Source of the DNA: Cycas panzhihuaensis
Lineage: Eukaryota; Plantae; Cycadophyta
Length of the DNA: 64,000 bases
NCBI GenBank assembly: GCA_023213395.1
Contig: CM041465.1
Location: forward strand, 189,355,741 to 189,419,740
Direction of reading: 5' to 3'
Below the pieces are notes generated by a model. The model did no database searches and had not been told where the DNA came from. It worked only from the letters and a program-made list of their open reading frames with translations. Below are positions 57,341-64,000 of this stretch, in pieces. Within the stretch, counting starts at the first letter, position 1. Every line of letters starts with the position of its first letter. A program made the translations under genes and the position numbers.

Positions 57341-60300
57341 TGTTAAGAAAACCAGGTCTAAATAACCAAAACCATCCACAGAGATCTAACTATTTTGTAA
57401 TAATAATAAGGATTCGAAGCTGTAATAAATGTAAGTATCTAAAATCAAAGATTATTCAGCCTACATAAGAAAGCATACACATTACCTAGTACATAGATTT
57501 TAATGTGATAAAACTTTAGCAGAGTACTAAGGAAACATCCACACAGGCAAGTATCAATCTTTATTAGTTAAGAATGAAAAAATATACATGTAGTCACCAT
57601 AGAATTTTTATAACAACAATAACCAACAATTGCCCACTAGTAATGTAATGCAATACAATACAATGTGATACAATTATCCTAAAAATGAGTTATAAGAAAG
57701 GCACATCAATCATAACCATCAGATCTGGGTTTTTTTTATGAACAACCTAGATTCCCTTTACAATTTAATAGGTTTTAAGCCCTAGCTTTTTACTTCAGGG
57801 GTTATTGTCCCTATACCCCCATTGTCATGGGCGGAGGGGGTGGGGGGTGGGCCTTCCATACCCCCTCTACCTCCCTCAGCCAAGGGGGGTTATTGCCCCC
57901 TTGAATCCCCTTGAGCAAAGATTGGTGAGGAAACTGCACGAACATAGGTCCAAAAAATTAAAACTTTCTCATAATTATTGTTATATATCTAATAATCTCC
58001 ACCTTGACAACAATTTTGCTGATACCTTTCATGAACCATTCATCATCTTTTCTGCAAGCTAAGAGAAGCCATACTCCATTTGAGTTTCTCTAGTGATACT
58101 AGTTTAGTAAATATATCTTTATACTTCTAATGAGTATTAACCTTCTCAAGAGCTACTCTACCTACTTCAACAACCTGCCTCACAAAATGATATTTGATTG
58201 TAATGTGCTTTGTCCTACTATGATAAGCTAGATTCGTGGCTAAGTAAATATACTTTAACTATTACAAAATACCTTTATCTTATTCTATACCCTTCCAAGC
58301 TCACGCAATAGTCCATTCAACTAAATTGCCTCATTATAAGCATATGCTATAGCAATATACTCAGGTTCTATAGTAGATAGAGCAATTAAACTTTGAAGTT
58401 TAGACATCTAGCTAATTGGACCATTTGTAAGAGTAAATACATAACCTGAAGTTGACCTTCTTTTATCCAAGTCTCCTACAAAATATACATCTACATATCC
58501 ACAAATTGAATTGCTTGTACCATTAAAGGTGATGCAATAGTTACTTATGCCTCTTAAATACTAAAACATCTATTTCATTATCGCCTAATTCTCTTTTCCT
58601 GGATTTTCCATGTATCTATTAATCACATTGGCTACATGTGAAATATCAAGTCTTGTACATATAATGGCATACATTAAGCTTCCTATTACACTAGCATAAG
58701 GTGCATGAGATATATATTCCTTTTCTTCCTCAGAACTAGGACTCAAACTTGAAGAAACCTTAAAATAGGAAGTAAGTGGGTACTAACAGGTTTCACATTT
58801 GCCATACCAAATTTGGTTAGTATCTTTTCTACATATTTCTATTGTGATAACCAAAGCTTACCATTCTTCCTATTTCTATGTATCCCCATGCCCAAGATTT
58901 ATTTTACTACTTTGAGATCCTTCATATTAAACATCCTAGATAATTGAGCCTTTAACTTATTAATTTCTATCATACTTTTGTTTGCCACAAATATGTCATC
59001 AACGTATAATACCAAAATGATGAATAAACCTTTTTCTAAAGTTTTAAAATAAACACAACGGTCATACTCACTTATTTTAAAATTCTAGCTCCCCGTGAAG
59101 GAATTAAACTTTTTATACCATTTCTTAGGAGATTATTTCAGGCTATACATAGATTTCCTAAGCCTACAAATAAGTATATTCTTGCCATCCTATACAAAAC
59201 CTTCTGGTTATTTCATATATATCTCCTCTTCTGAGTCTCTATGTAGAAATATAGTTTTAACATCTAATCACTCCAACTCTAAATCAAGTGAAGGCACTAA
59301 TGCTAATAGAACTTGAATAGAAATAATCTTAATGACTGGTGAAAAGATTTCATGGAAACTTTTACCTACTTTTCATGCAAAATCTTTTGCTACTAATCTT
59401 GCTCTATATCTATCAACTTTCCCATCAACATCAAATTTTCTTTTGTAGACCCACCTACAACCAATAGTTTTCCTACCTTATGGAAGTTCTACTAGGTCCC
59501 ATGAATTATTCTTCTCGAGGGCATCCATTTCTTCATGAATAATCTTTATCCACTTTGCACTATGGTCATCATTTATTGCTTCCTGATAACATGTAGGTTT
59601 ACCATCATTAGAAATCAAAGCAATAAAACTAGATGAATTGCAACTTTCAAGAGGATGCCTAACCTATGTACATCTTCCTATAGGTGGTTGAGGAGTATTG
59701 ATATATTCTTATATTTTTTCTATAGGTTCATCTTAAAAAAACTCTTCTCCTTTTTCTGCTTTTGAAGATGGTTGGGTTTCAACCTTAACCTATTGATGCT
59801 TAATTTTTAGTTCTTGTTTCATTTTAACTTCTATATTTTTAGATTTTAGAAAAGAAGATTCATCAAATACCACATCTCTATTGATGATGATTTTATGGGC
59901 AATAGGATCCCACAACCTGTCTCCCTTAATTCCATCATTATTACCATACCTAATAAAAATGTACCTTTTAGGTTTTGGATCTAATTTAGTATGCTTACTT
60001 TTATCAAGCAAAGCATAAGCATTATAACCAAATGTTTTCAAATTTGAATAATCATATGGATGACCAATCCATACCTCTTTAGGAATTTTACATTTTATTG
60101 CAAGTGATCGTGATCTATTTACTAGATAGCAAGCTATTAGAACTACTTCTACCTACAACCCCTACTTGACACCTATGTTACTCAACATACTCCTGGATAT
60201 TTCTAAAAGAGTTCTATTCATGTATTCTATAATGCGATTCTACTATAGAGTATAACTTGTGGTCTTATATCTTTCAATCCCTAATTACCTGTAATAGTTT

Positions 60301-62594
60301 TTAAACTCCAAAGAATTAAACTCACCTCTATTATCTAGTCATAAGCATTTGATTGACCTATGTGTATTGTTTTCAAATAGAGCTTTAAATAACTTAAACA
60401 CACTAAATACCTCATACTTTCTCTTCAAAAAGTAGACCCACACTTTTTGGAGAAGTTATCTATGAATGTTGCAAAATATAATTCTCCTCCATAAGACATC
60501 ATAGGGCTGGTTGCCATACATATGAATGGACATAATCTAGAATACCTTTACTTGTGTGATGCCCTATATTAAATCTAAGTCTACACAACTTTCTAAAGAT
60601 ACAATATTTATAAAATGCCAAATCTAAAAACTTTAATTTATGAAGTAACTTATGGTTCATTAGTACTTTTAATCTTTTCTCACTTATATGCCCAACCTTT
60701 GATACCATAATCGAGTAGGATCTTCTACTACCTTTGATATTGTGGTTACTTAACTGATTTTTGTACTTCTAATTAGAATGTAAAGGTTTCCTTTCTTCAA
60801 AGCCTTCATGATAATTAAGGCACCCTTTGACACCTTCAAAAATCCTCCATGACCTGTATACTTATAACCACTAGAATCTAATTCACCCAAAGAGATCAAG
60901 TTTCTTTTAACTTTATGTACATGTCTAACTTCTATCAATGTTCTCACTACAACATCAAACACCTTGATTTTGTTGCTACAAACCCCAATAGTTTTATAGG
61001 AAACTTCATTTCCCATGAGAACATCACTGCTATCAAGAGTTTGGTACACAAAAAACCAAATCTTGTGTAGAAACATATGGTGAGAAACATCTGAATCTAT
61101 CAGTTAATCATTATGATAATGAGAAACATTACATGTAACCAAGATATCATTATCCAAAGCTTGACTTGATTTAGCCTAATTTTCCTTCTTAGTAGTATCT
61201 TCCTTCTTCTTTAACTCCTTCCTCTTCTAGCAATCCTTCTTGAGGTTACCTATCTTACTGCAATGTTAATATCTTAGTTTACCCTTCTTTCCTTTTAACT
61301 TTGATCTTGATGTATCTTAGGAACTTTATCCTCTCTTCATAGATCTACCTCTTACTATCATGGCTTCTGATATGGAGGTTTCTAAATTGTATATCCTCCT
61401 CTCTTCTTCAGGCAGCAAGGCATTTACAATAGAGTCATAATCCAGCTCATTAGTAATACTGAAACTGATGGAGGTGATAATGTTATCCCAGGATTTAAGT
61501 AATGAGTATAACAAGGTTATTGCCTTATTTTCATCCTCTATATGTGTACTAATACTAGCCAACTGATATATAAGAGTATTAAAGATATTTAGATGGCTAG
61601 GAATTTTAATACCTTTCTTTATTCATAATTAGTATGGTTACCTCTTCAAGTAAATGTAATTAGTTACAGACTTTGCATATATAGGCTTTCTAACTTTGTC
61701 CATAATCCTACTACTATTTTCTCCATTACAATGTTAAATAGAACTTCATTCGCTAATCACTAATGTATCATGCTAAGGGCTCTTTTATCCATGTCCTCCC
61801 ATTCTTCATCAGTCATTCCCAATGGTTTCTTCAACTTGCCTTTTAGAGCTTTATACAATCTCTACTATACCAAAATGTCATATGCTTTGAGCTTTCACAA
61901 CTCGAAGTTATTTTTACTATTGAACTTCTCCACCTTAAACTTTTCATTTGTTACTTTCGCTATTTGATATAAAATGAACTAACACCAAACCTTTCACATA
62001 CTTGCTATAAAATATGAGTGGCTCATATACCACAGGTTGAAAAATCTAGGTCTAAATAACCAAAACTAGCCACCAAGATCTAACTATTTTGCAACAATAA
62101 CAAGGATTCAAAATTGTAATAAATGTAAGTATCTAAAACCAAAGATTATTCAATATACATAAGAATGTATACACATTACCTAATACATAGATTTTAATAT
62201 GGTAAAACCCTAGTAGAGTGCTAGGAAAATAGTAGCAACAACCACCAACCACCCACTCATAATGCAATGTAATACAATACAATATGATATAGTTACCCTT
62301 AAAATGGGTTACAAGAAAGACACACTAATCGTACCCATCAGATCTAGGCCTTTTTAATAAATGGCCAAGATTTCCTTTACAATTTCATAGGTTTTGAGTC
62401 ATAGCCTTTTGCTTTAGGGGATACTGCCCTTGAACCCCCATTATTGGGGGGGTATTCTATACCCCCTAAACCCCCCTTGACCAAGGGGCTGCCACCCCCC
62501 TTAGATCCCCTCAAGGAAAGATTGATGGGGATACTATAAAAATAAAGGTCTAAAAAATTAAAACCTTCTTATAATTATTGTCATATATCTAACA
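57341..62594 (-). mobile_element. Element M: full-length decayed Ty1/Copia, Tnt1/Tork-like
   Basis: LTRs 57341-57994 and 62035-62594. Perfect TSD TAATA (57336-57340, 62595-62599). PPT complement ATCTCCACCTT at 57995. PBS complement GCTCATATACCA at 62021-62032. Confidence 0.95.
58040..61963 (-). pseudogene. Tnt1-like Copia polyprotein of M, disrupted
   Basis: Start mutated (ATA) before AKVTNEKFKVEKFNSKNNFEL*KLK. ORF-track fragments LIEVRHVHKVKRNLISLGELDSSGY, GHISEKRL...LDYVHS and KLDPK...RLWDPIAHKIIINRDVVFDE. RT YVDD at about 58995-59006. Confidence 0.92.
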
Positions 62595-62738
62595 TAATAT
62601 ATACAGAAGTATAATAGAAAATAACTAGGTATCAAAGTGTCAATAAGAGAATATTAACCTATAATACGAAAGTAAAAAATATTATGATAAAAAAATAAGT
62701 GTTGCCCTCTTATTTATAATTGTAGGGTGGGCATTATC

Positions 62739-64000
62739 TGGGATGTTTCTTCTTGCCAATACTCTCGAAATAGCAGAGAATTTGATAATCACAGTAGCTT
62801 CTTCTTATCCAATAGAGCAAACAAGCTAACTAAGAGTTTATAAGAACACCAAAGCACTAAATGATCACCAAAAGATAGAAAGTACTAGAGCACAATCTTT
62901 ATAAAAATGTTCTATCATGATAATTATCATTTACAATTTATGACCCTTATATAGACAAAATAGGGTCTTATACATGTAATCCTATTGGTGGCCTAAGCGG
63001 CCTTATATTCTATTAGATGGAAGTGCCCATGCATACTATTAGCCCACTAGATAGCACATGCACAAAGTTCCATAGTGGTTTACATAACTTAGCCATATAA
63101 GTTATGTAACAAGTCCCTTTTCCTAAGATGCCAAGTCCTCGAGGCAGGTGAGATGCAGGTGCTTTTTGACAAACTCATCAGACTCCCAAGTTGCTTCGTC
63201 AGAGGTGTAGCCTATCCATTGTATCAAATATTCTGAAATGGATCGATTCCAGAGACATCATTATCTAGTAGCCAAGATATGTTCTTGAGGTACAGACAAG
63301 GTTTGCCCTTCATCCAAAATTGGAAAGGTTATCTGGGAAGTATGGGTTTTGCTTAGACACTTTCGAAGATAGGAGACATGAAAAACATTATGGATGTTTA
63401 TGGTGAGGGGAAGGTCGAGAGTATATACAACTTCAATAATACATTTAAGGACTTTATAGGGGCCATAATATCAAAGGATAAGTTTGTGATTCTTATGATG
63501 GCGAAGGGATTGTTGCTTATAAGGTTGGAGATGAAGAAATACCAGATCACCAATATTGAAGGAGTGATCAGAGCGGTAGTGATCTACTAATTGTTTCATT
63601 CGATTTTAGGCCATGGATAGGTTTTGTTTAAGGGTATGGAGAATTTGGTCCATATGCTATAATTTTTGTTGTACTACTGTCGTACAGAGGTTGGTAGCTA
63701 AGGTGTGGTAGGACGGAGGAGGATACCCATAGAGAGCCAAAAATGAGGACATTCCAATGGCTAAATAGTGTGAGGAGTTGTACTAATACTCAGTTAGAGC
63801 TAGCCATGATGTCCATTTAGACTGGTAGTCAAATGCAAAGCAACATAAGTAGGTCTCCAGAGTTTTTTAAAGGACCTCAGATTGGGCATCAGTCTATGGA
63901 TGATATGCAGAACTCATGTTAAATAATGTACCGGATGCGTGGAATAACTCTTGCCAAAAGGAGCTAGTAAATTTTAGGTTGCGATCGCATATAATGGTGG
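62739..64000 (-). mobile_element. Element N: 3' end (integrase, chromodomain, 3' LTR 62739-63111) of a Gypsy chromovirus of the H family, running off the right edge
   Basis: Reverse complement aligns with H at about 33660-35020. LTR TGGGATG...GTTATGTAACA. PPT complement after 63111. Chromodomain EYLIQWIGYTSDEATWE. GPY motif retained. Confidence 0.9.

Noticed and set aside
62701-62738. Possible PBS and 5' LTR start of element L (TGTAGGGTGGG)
   Set aside because: Only about 18 bp remain before N interrupts, and no recognisable tRNA complement is present.
2808-63590. ORF-track entries as functional genes
   Set aside because: All are short and are either fragments of broken gag-pol, antisense shadows of it, or chance AT-rich ORFs.
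794-64000. Fungal RIP as the cause of the hypermutation
   Set aside because: The element types (Tnt1-like Copia, plant chromoviruses with iMet PBS, Tat/Athila-like gag) and the CML fragment point to a land plant. Methylcytosine deamination is sufficient.

Overview
This is an AT-rich (about 30% GC by eye) eukaryotic, plant-type intergenic region with no intact protein-coding gene. It is almost entirely a nested stack of decayed LTR retrotransposons, labelled A-N here (no I). Ty1/Copia: B, C, G, K, M, plus the non-autonomous Copia-like element A. Ty3/Gypsy: D, E, F, H, J, N (mostly chromodomain-bearing), plus a non-chromovirus-like gag relic L. Six elements are bounded by paired LTRs and perfect 5-bp TSDs (B AAATC, G GACTA, H ATGGC, J TCCTT, K GCTTG, M TAATA). 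Nesting is C>A>B, F>E>G>H and L>J>K, with M also inside L. All reading frames are broken, mainly by C>T/G>A transitions in all contexts. This pattern fits a large, heavily methylated land-plant genome, possibly a gymnosperm (inference only). Notable items: (i) a decayed calmodulin-like EF-hand fragment and other gene-like pieces in the unusually long leader of Copia G; (ii) LTRs that contain an internal copy of the tRNA-iMet primer-binding site (both LTRs of A, probably D); (iii) possible PPR-like cargo in A; (iv) a template-switch inversion/duplication at the end of H's 3' LTR; (v) a probable tRNA-derived SINE. I found no convincing evidence of a wholly new functional system. Domain boundaries are approximate and read by eye.
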